A stretch of DNA of 64,000 bases from Elusimicrobiota bacterium (lineage in GTDB: Bacteria > Elusimicrobiota > Elusimicrobia > Elusimicrobiales > UBA9959), in contig JAINCQ010000012.1 of the NCBI GenBank assembly GCA_036574205.1, forward strand, positions 11,434 to 75,433, in the 5' to 3' direction. Within the stretch, counting starts at the first letter, position 1. Every line of letters begins with the position of its first letter. Below the pieces are notes generated by a model. It saw nothing but the letters and a program-made list of their open reading frames with translations, made no database searches and had not been told where the DNA came from. Position numbers and translations under genes: made by a program. Positions 52,501-61,327 of the stretch are shown one piece after another.

Positions 52501-53615
52501 TTTTTTAAATACTCATCAAAATAACCTAACAAAATATTTCCATACTCAGCTATCAGTTTTTCATCAACCCCTATCTCTCTTAATTTTTCAAGTTTTAAAT
52601 CCTCTAGTTTTGCTATCTGTTTCAAGGTGGAAATATCTATAACAAGTTCGCATTGAATATTTTTTTTAATGGCTATTTCTCTTCGCCATTTTTTAAGCAA
52701 TTTAAGTTTTAATTCAAAAAAATTATCATGATTATTTAAGTTATTTTTAGTTTTACGATATACAAATTTACCATCAATAACATCTTTAATTGCTTTTCTA
52801 ATCCATTCTATATTTCTTACAATTGATCTATTATAGAGCTTTAAATCTGTAGCATCCATCAACTCATTATGATGCTTTGCAACATACACTAAAAGCTCAT
52901 TTGTTATTACTTTAAATGGAGGAATATCTATTTTTTTAGCTATCTCTTCTCTCATTTCAACAGCTTTTATAAAAATCGCTGTTTCTTTTTCTGAAAGGCA
53001 AAAATTTACTGCCATTTGATAATATTTATCTATATTAAAAACGGTTTTTCTCTCTGAGACGTTTGAAATCTTTTCACAATTGGACTTAAACTCGTTATAA
53101 AGGTTAATGTTTATAATATCCTTGATTAATATGTCTCTCAGTTTTTTAAGATAATAAACATCCATTGCTGCATAAAGCAACTGATTATGATTAAAAGGCC
53201 TTTTTCCCCAATTTATTTTCTGATACTTCTTTTCAAGGTTTACTCCAAAATACTGCCTGACAAGAGTTGCAAGCGAAACTGCTTTTTTAAAAATATACTT
53301 TGAAGCTATCATAACGTCAAATATATTATTGAAAGAACAATCAAGTTTTTTTCTTATCATAGATATATCGGAATATGCTGAATGAAATATTTTTTCTATA
53401 AAATTTGATTCAAAAACTTCTTTCAAAGGAAACAAATCAACCTTCAAAGTATCTATAATAAAAACCTTTTCTCCTATCTCTATTTGAAGAAGGCAAAGTT
53501 TATTTTCATATGAATAAAGTCCATTCGACTCAGTATCTATGGAAATATATTTATTATTGAAAGCTTCCTTTATTATATATTTGAGGTTATTATCTTCAAT
53601 CAAGACGAAGTTCAT
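52497..53615 (-). CDS. rnd: Ribonuclease D-like DEDDy exonuclease with HRDC domains
   Basis: SIDTES, LCLLQI, KIFHSA..D, FDVMIA, WGKRP, YAAMDV, two HRDC-like helices. Confidence 0.8.
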   Translation of the reverse strand: MNFVLIEDNNLKYIIKEAFNNKYISIDTESNGLYSYENKLCLLQIEIGEKVFIIDTLKVDLFPLKEVFESNFIEKIFHSAYSDISMIRKKLDCSFNNIFDVMIASKYIFKKAVSLATLVRQYFGVNLEKKYQKINWGKRPFNHNQLLYAAMDVYYLKKLRDILIKDIININLYNEFKSNCEKISNVSERKTVFNIDKYYQMAVNFCLSEKETAIFIKAVEMREEIAKKIDIPPFKVITNELLVYVAKHHNELMDATDLKLYNRSIVRNIEWIRKAIKDVIDGKFVYRKTKNNLNNHDNFFELKLKLLKKWRREIAIKKNIQCELVIDISTLKQIAKLEDLKLEKLREIGVDEKLIAEYGNILLGYFDEYLKN

Positions 53616-53678
53616 AATTATATAATAGAAACTAATCAGTTAAAAGTCAAAAAATCAATTTTTATAAATTAATTTTTT

Positions 53679-54398
53679 TTAATCTTTTTTTGCTACTACA
53701 AAAACACTAACTCCAAAAGGAAAATTAATAAATCGCAAAATAAAGTTTTCAAATTTAAGAATTAAAATTATAAATTTATTTATTAAATAAGGTAATTTAT
53801 AATAATCATTTGATCTTATCCTGAAAAAACCTTTAAACCATCTTATTAAAAGAGCTGGAATAAAAAAAGAAAAATTCCAGTATGAAGCCTTCAAAATCTT
53901 AAACCCATGCTTTTCAATTATATTTACAAGATCCCTTTTAGTATACCTTCTTTTATGCTCATTTATAACATCATGATACGACCATAAAAATTTAAAAGCA
54001 GGAACAAAAACTATAAATATCCCCCCTTTTTTTAAAATTCTGTTAGTCTCTTCTATAGCCTTTTCATCATTCTCTATATGTTCCAATATATCTGAAGATA
54101 TAACAACATCAAAAAAATCATTTTTAAACTCTGTTTTTAAAGCGTCTCCTAAAACAATATTAATATTTTTAAAATTCTTAGAGCCAATAATGGATTTATT
54201 GTTATCCATACCATATAAATTTTCAAATCCTTTTTTCTTTAAATAAAAAAGCAAGCTTCCACCAGCGCATCCTATATCAATTATTTTTATTTTTTTATCT
54301 TTAAAATTGGATAATAGTAAATAGCTAATTATATCATTTCTTGACCTAAACCACCAATTATCTAAATCTATTTTAAGATATTCATTTGTATATCTCAT
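53679..54398 (-). CDS. Class I SAM-dependent methyltransferase
   Basis: NWWFRSR, IDIGCAGG, DILEHI, VPAFKFLWSYHD...HKRRY. Start at ATG 54398 avoids overlap with the MFS gene. Confidence 0.85.
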   Translation of the reverse strand: MRYTNEYLKIDLDNWWFRSRNDIISYLLLSNFKDKKIKIIDIGCAGGSLLFYLKKKGFENLYGMDNNKSIIGSKNFKNINIVLGDALKTEFKNDFFDVVISSDILEHIENDEKAIEETNRILKKGGIFIVFVPAFKFLWSYHDVINEHKRRYTKRDLVNIIEKHGFKILKASYWNFSFFIPALLIRWFKGFFRIRSNDYYKLPYLINKFIILILKFENFILRFINFPFGVSVFVVAKKD

Positions 54399-54438
54399 AT
54401 TTATATTATACAAGATTGAAATTTGATAAAATTTAATT

Positions 54439-55644
54439 ATGAAAATATTCAAAAATTTTAAAAAAGGATTAACTAAAAACGTAATAATTCTTGGAATAGT
54501 AAGCGGACTTACAGATATATCGAGCGAAATGTTATATCCAGTAGTACCTATATTTCTTTCAAATATCTTAAATGCTCCAATGACAGTAATTGGACTTATA
54601 GAAGGAATAGCCGAGTCTACCGCAAATATATTAAAGATATGGAGTGGACATATAAGCGATAAAATAAAAAAAAGAAAATCTCTGGTAATAATTGGATATT
54701 TTCTTTCAGCAATATCAAAACCTGTAATGGCAGTTGCTTATAGCTGGTATTTTGTATTATTTGCAAGATTTATTGACAGGATAGGAAAAGGAATTAGAAC
54801 CTCTCCACGTGATGCTTTAATTGCGGCCTCAAGCGATAAAGATAGCTGGGGAAAGGCTTTTGGTTTTCATAGAGCAATGGATACACTTGGCGCGGCAATA
54901 GGACCATTATTTACACTTTTGCTATTAATATTACTTACAGAAACTTCGAATTCTTATAGAATTATATTTATATTAGCTTTTATACCAGCTATATCTGGGG
55001 TTTTCATACTAAAAAAGTATGTTATTGATGAACAAGAAAATAATTTTCAAAATTCAAAAGAAACTCCAAATTTCATAGAAAAAACACCTCTTTCACTTGA
55101 CTTTAAAATTTTTGTTGGAATATACACATTATTTTCTCTTGCAAAATTTTCAGATGCTTTTTTAATAATGAAAGTAAAATCTATTGGTATTTCAACCACA
55201 AATACAATATTGATATACTTTGCTTATAATATTATTTATGCTTTGCTGGCTACTCCTGCCGGTATAATATCGGATAAAATTGGAAAAAACAGAGTTTTTA
55301 TGATTAGTTTTCTGATCTATTCAATCGTATGTTTGGGCTTTGCCATATCGGTTAATATATATTCAGTTTTAGTATTTTTTCTAATATATAGCCTCTATGG
55401 TGCTTTAAATGAAGGTATTGCAAAAGCCATAGTTTCAAATATGTCCACTCCATTTAATAGGGCTACAGCTATGGGGGTTTTTCAAGGAATTGGAGGAGTA
55501 GCTACATTTTTATCAAGTTTAATAGCAGGTTTATTATGGGATAAATTTTCCGATAAAACTCCTTTTTTTGTTTCATCAATAATTTCATTTATATCACTTT
55601 TGTTTTTTTATTTCTGGGTAAAATTAAGGAAAATTACCATATAA
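54439..55644 (+). CDS. MFS transporter
   Basis: TDISSEM, GHISDKIKKRK, DRIGKGIRTSPRDAL, GFHRAMDTLGA. About 12 TM. Confidence 0.9.
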   Translation: MKIFKNFKKGLTKNVIILGIVSGLTDISSEMLYPVVPIFLSNILNAPMTVIGLIEGIAESTANILKIWSGHISDKIKKRKSLVIIGYFLSAISKPVMAVAYSWYFVLFARFIDRIGKGIRTSPRDALIAASSDKDSWGKAFGFHRAMDTLGAAIGPLFTLLLLILLTETSNSYRIIFILAFIPAISGVFILKKYVIDEQENNFQNSKETPNFIEKTPLSLDFKIFVGIYTLFSLAKFSDAFLIMKVKSIGISTTNTILIYFAYNIIYALLATPAGIISDKIGKNRVFMISFLIYSIVCLGFAISVNIYSVLVFFLIYSLYGALNEGIAKAIVSNMSTPFNRATAMGVFQGIGGVATFLSSLIAGLLWDKFSDKTPFFVSSIISFISLLFFYFWVKLRKITI

Positions 55645-55654
55645 GGAGTAAAAA

Positions 55655-56920
55655 ATGGATATTTTACAGGAAATTCTAAACAACGAAGTATATCCTGCCT
55701 TTGGCTGCACAGAACCAATCTCAATAGCCTACGCCTGTGCTAATGCAAGCAAACTTATAAAAAAAATTGATAGGGATATCACAATAACCCTTAATATAGA
55801 TCCAGGAACATACAAAAACGGTTATGGTGTAAACATACCAAAATTAAACAATGAAAAAGGGAATCTTATTGCTGCAGCAGTAGGAGCTTTAATTCCACAC
55901 CCTGAACTGAAGTATAACATATTCTCAAAAGCCACAACTGAAAAAATAAAACAGGCAAAAAAAATAATAGAGGAGAAAAGAATAAAAATAAATGTTGACT
56001 ATACCAAAAAAGATATTTATATTGAAGCAATAATCCGTAACAGTAAAGATAAAGCAGTATGTATACTATCAAAGTCGCATTTTAATATTTCGCTTCTTAT
56101 GTTAAATGATAAAATAATTACATCTCAAACAACAAAAGATAAGAAAACAGATTATAAAGAAATAATAAAAAACATGACATTAAAAGATTTAATTGAACTT
56201 GCAAAAAATGCCACCCCAAAACAACTTGAATATCTTAAAAAAGGAATTGAAATGAATTTAAAAGCAAGCAAAGAAGGTTTTAAACTTAAGAAAACCGGCT
56301 ATTGGCTTAAAAAATTATCTCAAAACGATGTTATAAATAATATAAAAAGTATAGCCGCTTCGGCAACAGATGCCAGAATGGCGGGGCTCCCATTAACTGT
56401 AATGTCAAGCGGTCAAAGTGGTAATCAGGGAATTGTAGCAATACTTGTACCATATTTTTATGGCAAACATGCAGGTATAAAAGAAGAAAAAATTCTTAAA
56501 AGCATAGCTTTGTCACACATAATAAACTCATATATAAAGTCATATACTGGTGAACTTGCGCCAATATGTGGATGCGCCATATCAAGTGGGACAGGAGCAA
56601 GCGCAGCAATAGTATACCAGCAATTTCCTGAAGATATTTCCAAAATAGCAGGAGCAATAAACAATGTTCTGGCAGATATTGGCGGGTTAATATGTGACGG
56701 CGCAAAAGAAAGTTGTTCGCTAAAAGTAGCCTCTTCAGTTGAAAGCGCTATTAAAAATGCATATCTTGCCATAAATTCAGTTATTGTAGATAAAAATTCT
56801 GGATTTATTGAAGAAGATCCTCTAAAAACAATAAAAAACATGGCAAGATTGTCTATAATAGGGATGGGGAGTGTGGATTCAATAATTATAGAGATGATGC
56901 AAAATAAAATTTCAAACTAA
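55655..56920 (+). CDS. UPF0597/CyuA-like L-cysteine desulfidase (serine dehydratase alpha-like)
   Basis: PAFGCTEP, DARMAG, SGNQG, PICGC, GLICDGAKESCSLK. Confidence 0.85.
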   Translation: MDILQEILNNEVYPAFGCTEPISIAYACANASKLIKKIDRDITITLNIDPGTYKNGYGVNIPKLNNEKGNLIAAAVGALIPHPELKYNIFSKATTEKIKQAKKIIEEKRIKINVDYTKKDIYIEAIIRNSKDKAVCILSKSHFNISLLMLNDKIITSQTTKDKKTDYKEIIKNMTLKDLIELAKNATPKQLEYLKKGIEMNLKASKEGFKLKKTGYWLKKLSQNDVINNIKSIAASATDARMAGLPLTVMSSGQSGNQGIVAILVPYFYGKHAGIKEEKILKSIALSHIINSYIKSYTGELAPICGCAISSGTGASAAIVYQQFPEDISKIAGAINNVLADIGGLICDGAKESCSLKVASSVESAIKNAYLAINSVIVDKNSGFIEEDPLKTIKNMARLSIIGMGSVDSIIIEMMQNKISN

Positions 56921-56921
56921 A

Positions 56922-57587
56922 ATGTATGAATTAATAATTTCTGATTTTTCCAATATAGAAAATATAATTTCTTTTTTATCTGATGAAAGGAAATTAGAAA
57001 TATTCAAAACAGATTTTGGTATAATAGAAAAATCTCAAAATTTTACACAAGTTTATAATATCTATTTAAGGGCTAAAACTCGTAAAATTAAATTAAAAAT
57101 AATAAGGGAAATAGAAATAAAACTCCCAATTCTCAAAAAGATAAATGAGATAGAAATAAAAGATTGGGGATTTATTTTTGATAGACAAAGCGAAGTTAAG
57201 ATAAAAGAAATAGAAAAAATTCTCTTACATTTTATAAGAAAACCTTCCATAAATATATCTGATTATATTAACATAGAAGATTTTTCAGACTTAATTACTT
57301 TAAAAACTGAAATGTTTATTGAAATTGTTAAAAAAGATGAAAGAATTTTGATATCGCCAGACTGCCTTTTTAAAAACACCTCAAGAATATTCAATTTAAG
57401 TTTCTCATCTGAAAAAAACATACTAAATATATTCGATTATATATTTTTCTTAAATCCAACGGTTGAAACAGGTCCAGTTAGTAAAATTTATAAAAAAACT
57501 AACAATTATGTAAAATACTTTGTTAAGGAAATTATTGACGAAAAGGAATTATTATGGATGACCAAAACAAAACAAACAGGTATTTAG
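56922..57587 (+). CDS. Hypothetical protein
   Basis: 221-aa ORF packed between co-oriented genes. No recognisable motif. Confidence 0.55.
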   Translation: MYELIISDFSNIENIISFLSDERKLEIFKTDFGIIEKSQNFTQVYNIYLRAKTRKIKLKIIREIEIKLPILKKINEIEIKDWGFIFDRQSEVKIKEIEKILLHFIRKPSINISDYINIEDFSDLITLKTEMFIEIVKKDERILISPDCLFKNTSRIFNLSFSSEKNILNIFDYIFFLNPTVETGPVSKIYKKTNNYVKYFVKEIIDEKELLWMTKTKQTGI

Positions 57588-59785
57588 CAATACACGCTCA
57601 TTTTTACCAGCCTTTGCGATATGATCCATTTACAGGAGAAATAGAACTGGATGCTACATCAAAACCATACGATAACTGGAATCACAGAATAGCAATGGAA
57701 TGTTATTTTCCAAATCTTTTTGCCAGAATATTTGACAAAAATGGGGAAATTCTGGAAATTGTAAATAATTATGAATATTTAAACTTTAATTTTGGTCCAA
57801 CCCTTTTAAACTGGATTGAGATCTATTACCCAAAATATTATGATCTATTGATTAAAACAGTAATAAAAATAAAATCAGAAAAGGGAATCTCCCCCGCCAT
57901 AGCACAGGCATATAATCACACAATACTTCCTCTTGATAATTTTTTCAATAAAATTACGCAGATACAATGGGGAATAAGAGATTTTGAAAGCAGATTCAAC
58001 TTCAAACCTCAAGGGATGTGGATAGCTGAGATGGCTGTAAATGAAGATGTATTAAGAATATTAATAGATCACAATATAAAATACATTATACTTTCTCCAT
58101 CTCAGATTTCAAAAGCTATTAATATAAAAACGCAAAAAGAAGAGAAAATAGTGCCAAATAAACTTTATGTATGGTTTGATAGAGATGAAAAAGGAAGAAA
58201 ATTATGTTCCCGTCATATAAATATATTTTTATACGACGAGGAACTATCCAGAAAAGTTGCTTTTGATAATCTAACATTTAATTCAGAAATATTTGTAAGA
58301 GAAATAGATGAAAGGTTTAAAACAACTCAAACAGATTTAATCTTAATAGCCACTGATGGAGAAACATTTGGACATCATCATAAATTTGCAGATTTAACCC
58401 TTGCTCACGCATTCAGATATGAACTGCCAAAACATAATATAAAAACTATATCTCTTTCACAATACCTAAAAGAAAAAGATCCAGAATCTGAGGTAGAATT
58501 ATCAAAAGGTCCAGATGGCGATGGCACAAGCTGGAGCTGCGCGCATGGCATAAGAAGATGGAAAGGCGGATGCAACTGCGGAGATGAAGGAAGATATGAC
58601 ACTTCCTGGAGGTTTGGGTTGCGTTCAGCAATAAAATGGCTTTCTGAGGTTTTATGTGATATATATATTGAAGCAGGCAAGGATACATTTAAAAATCCAA
58701 GTCAGGCAATAAATGATTACATATACTTAATAAATAAGAAAGTAAGTCTAAAAGATTTTTTATCTGAAAATCTTAAAGAGCAAACAAAAAACAACACAGA
58801 AAAAGCAAGTAAAATATTATTAATGATAAAATATCAGATGCTTGCAAATACAAGCTGTGGATGGTTTTTTAATGACATATCAAGAATAGAAACTATGCAA
58901 AATCTAAAATATGCTTTAAAAGCTATAAGCATAGCGGAAGATCTTGGATATAGAGGGATAGAAAAAGGCTTTTTATCACTTCTTGAAATGTCAAAGTCAA
59001 ATTTTAGCCAGTTTATAGATGGGAAAAATATATATGAAAACTATATAAAGCCTCATAAGTTACGAAAAGAAATTATTTACTCGTATCTTGCCATTAAATT
59101 AGCTTTTACCGAAAAAAATTATTATCATAATTTTATTTATAATTTAAAATTGATTGAGAAAAAAAAGGCAGGAGAAGATACCTATTTTATTTACGTTATT
59201 ATAACAGACAATGAATATGAAGTTGAAAATAACTATGAAATACAATTTGATTTTAGTAATTTGAGTGAAATAAAGATAAAATTACTTTCAGATGAACAAA
59301 ATGGTTTTCAAGAAATAAACTTTAAAGAATTTACACATAAAATGCAGCTTGAAATATTTAAACTAATAATTACACTAAAAAAAGAAAAAAGTATTGAGGA
59401 GCTTACAAAGACACTCGCAACAGTTTATGAAATTGTTATGCTTAATAGAGAAATAGCAACTGAAAATATGGAAGAAGATATAAAATATATCTCAAATCAA
59501 ATTATAAATATTTATCTTTTAAATTTTCTTAAAACTCAAGAAATATCTTTTATTAAAAAAATTGATTATGTTATTGAAACTTTAAAAAACATAGGATTTA
59601 ATTCAAATTACAAGCTAACAAATGATATTTTATCTCTTATGCCAGATTTTATAAATCTTATTTCAACAATGAAATCGAATGACCTTAGTTTCCTTAAACA
59701 AGTGTTTAGAAAACTTGAGTTGTACGTTTTTATCTTTCACATTGAAAATATAGAAAATCTAACATCTCTGGAAACTATTAAATAA
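57554..59785 (+). CDS. GH57 family glycoside hydrolase with DUF3536
   Basis: HAHFYQP, NFGPTLL, YNHTILPL, GMWIAEMAV, ATDGETFGHH, SWSCAHG, TSCGWFF. Confidence 0.88.
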   Translation: MDDQNKTNRYLAIHAHFYQPLRYDPFTGEIELDATSKPYDNWNHRIAMECYFPNLFARIFDKNGEILEIVNNYEYLNFNFGPTLLNWIEIYYPKYYDLLIKTVIKIKSEKGISPAIAQAYNHTILPLDNFFNKITQIQWGIRDFESRFNFKPQGMWIAEMAVNEDVLRILIDHNIKYIILSPSQISKAINIKTQKEEKIVPNKLYVWFDRDEKGRKLCSRHINIFLYDEELSRKVAFDNLTFNSEIFVREIDERFKTTQTDLILIATDGETFGHHHKFADLTLAHAFRYELPKHNIKTISLSQYLKEKDPESEVELSKGPDGDGTSWSCAHGIRRWKGGCNCGDEGRYDTSWRFGLRSAIKWLSEVLCDIYIEAGKDTFKNPSQAINDYIYLINKKVSLKDFLSENLKEQTKNNTEKASKILLMIKYQMLANTSCGWFFNDISRIETMQNLKYALKAISIAEDLGYRGIEKGFLSLLEMSKSNFSQFIDGKNIYENYIKPHKLRKEIIYSYLAIKLAFTEKNYYHNFIYNLKLIEKKKAGEDTYFIYVIITDNEYEVENNYEIQFDFSNLSEIKIKLLSDEQNGFQEINFKEFTHKMQLEIFKLIITLKKEKSIEELTKTLATVYEIVMLNREIATENMEEDIKYISNQIINIYLLNFLKTQEISFIKKIDYVIETLKNIGFNSNYKLTNDILSLMPDFINLISTMKSNDLSFLKQVFRKLELYVFIFHIENIENLTSLETIK

Positions 59786-59970
59786 GACTGCTAAAAGATT
59801 TTAATTAATAGCAAAAAAGTCTTTAAATAATTTATAAAAAACTTTGTTAATCCATAATTTAATAAAAAGCCCTTATTTTTAAACAATCGTGATTAAAATT
59901 TGAAGTTTGATTTTAGATATATTTACTCTACAATTTAAATTTATACCTAGGATTTAGTTGATCTTAACTT

Positions 59971-60659
59971 TTATTGCCCTTTAAGAAGAGAAATTTCTAT
60001 TCTTCTATTTTTAGCCCTACCCTCAGCGGTTGTATTTTCTGCTATCGGCCTGTGCTCGCCGTATCCTATACCGCTTAATCGCTTTGGATCTATATTATGA
60101 GATTGCATAAACTCAATAACCGAATAAGCTCTTGCCATTGAAAGTTCAAAATTATTTGAGTATCTCCCCCCTTTTATAGGGACATTATCAGTATGTCCTT
60201 CTATCATTATCTCATTTGGAAGTTTTTTTAACTCATCAACAACCGGCAGAAGAACTTTTTTAGCTTCTTCTTTTAAAACTGCGCTTCCAGAATCAAACAA
60301 AACTGCTTCTTTAAGAATAAGTTTCACTCTTTTTTCACTCATCTCAAGTTCCATCAGATTTTGAAGTTTTTCCTGCTGCATCTCTTTTAATTTGGTCTCA
60401 AAATTTTCTTCCTTTTTCTCTAATGTCTTTTTTTCTATATATTCCTTGCTTAAAATTCCACCAAATGTTTGCTGAATTTTCACAAGAGACTCTTCATATT
60501 TTTTTGTTTAGTCTTATCGTTTTTAGCTATTGAGAAAGAAAAAAGCAGTAAAAAAAATATCATCAAATAACTCATTAAATCACCATAGGTAACAGCCCAT
60601 AAAGCGGATTTATTTAATTGGTTTTCAAGGTCATCTTTTCTAATTCTATATATTGCCAT
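59971..60659 (-). pseudogene. motB: MotB/OmpA family stator protein split by a frameshift
   Basis: Frame from ATG 60659 encodes ...ALWAVTYGDLMSYLMIFFLLLFSFS (MotB TM with the conserved Asp) and stops at 60480. The OmpA-like domain (LFDSGSA, EGHTDN, LSMARA, GRAKNRR) is in the -1 frame. The switch maps to an A7 run at 60499-60505. Confidence 0.8.
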
Positions 60660-60973
60660 ATCATTTAATCATAGAAATAATAAATTTAAAAATCTCCTTT
60701 ATCCGAGAGGATTTTGTTTCAATATCAAGAATATCATTATAATATTTTTTAAAAATAATAGGATCTATTTCAGTCTTATCCAATAATTCTATTTCTTTCC
60801 TTATCTTATTTGAAGAAAAATTTTTTGCTTATAATTCCTTGAAAAATTTTTTTACAAACTCAAGAAAAAACATTTTTATTCTTGAAAAACTTAAAATAAA
60901 GGAGAAATATGTTTTACCATCTAAGGAAGATAAAACCAGTTTTGTTCGGGTAAAAAAATCATCCACACTTTGA

Positions 60974-61071
60974 CCACGATCGTATAAAATTAGTGTATAT
61001 TATTTATAGAAAAGTTATATAAAAATGATTATACACAGTTTAGCCACTATCGTGTAAAATTAGTGTATGTT
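60974..61071. repeat. Two 28-bp direct repeats 70 bp apart
   Basis: CCACGATCGTATAAAATTAGTGTATATT (60974-61001) and CCACTATCGTGTAAAATTAGTGTATGTT (61044-61071) are 25/28 identical. Confidence 0.8.
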
Positions 61072-61121
61072 TTTTTGAAGGCAAACATCTTCAACTGACT
61101 GCCCTAGCCACTTTGATATTC

Positions 61122-61154
61122 ATCCTTCACTTTCCCCCTCAAAGGGGAAAGGAT
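61122..61154. terminator. Hairpin, possible terminator downstream of the GH57 operon
   Basis: TTTCCCC-CTCAAA-GGGGAAA (61131-61150) with outer ATCC/GGAT. Confidence 0.4.
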
Positions 61155-61214
61155 TTTGACACTCTTGTACACCATTTTCCATTTTAAAGAGCATCTATCT
61201 TCCTGCTACACAAA

Positions 61215-61312
61215 TTCCCCTCTCTTCACCCTCACCTTAATCCTCTCTCCATTTTAATATATCCCCTCTCCTTTCTTGGAGAGGGTGAGGGTGAGGAGAT
61301 TTAAGGGGGAAG
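61215..61312. repeat. REP-like purine/pyrimidine hairpin element, copy 2
   Basis: TCACCCTCACC/GGTGAGGGTGA outer stem and CCCTCTCC/GGAGAGGG inner stem. Shares 23-, 26- and 13-nt blocks with 23413-23500. Confidence 0.75.
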
Positions 61313-61327
61313 GGACGGGTTTACCGT

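Noticed and set aside
59971..60483. Stand-alone 170-aa OmpA protein starting at GTG 60483
   Set aside because: It is the 3' half of the frameshifted motB.
60661..60873. Eroded ORF or motA remnant upstream of motB (- strand, internal TAA at 60829-60831)
   Set aside because: The 71-codon frame ends next to the motB start but has no MotA-like TM segments or motifs. It could be chance in AT-rich DNA.
60974..61120. CRISPR array
   Set aside because: Only two imperfect repeats plus a short echo, no clear repeat palindrome and no cas genes in the window.
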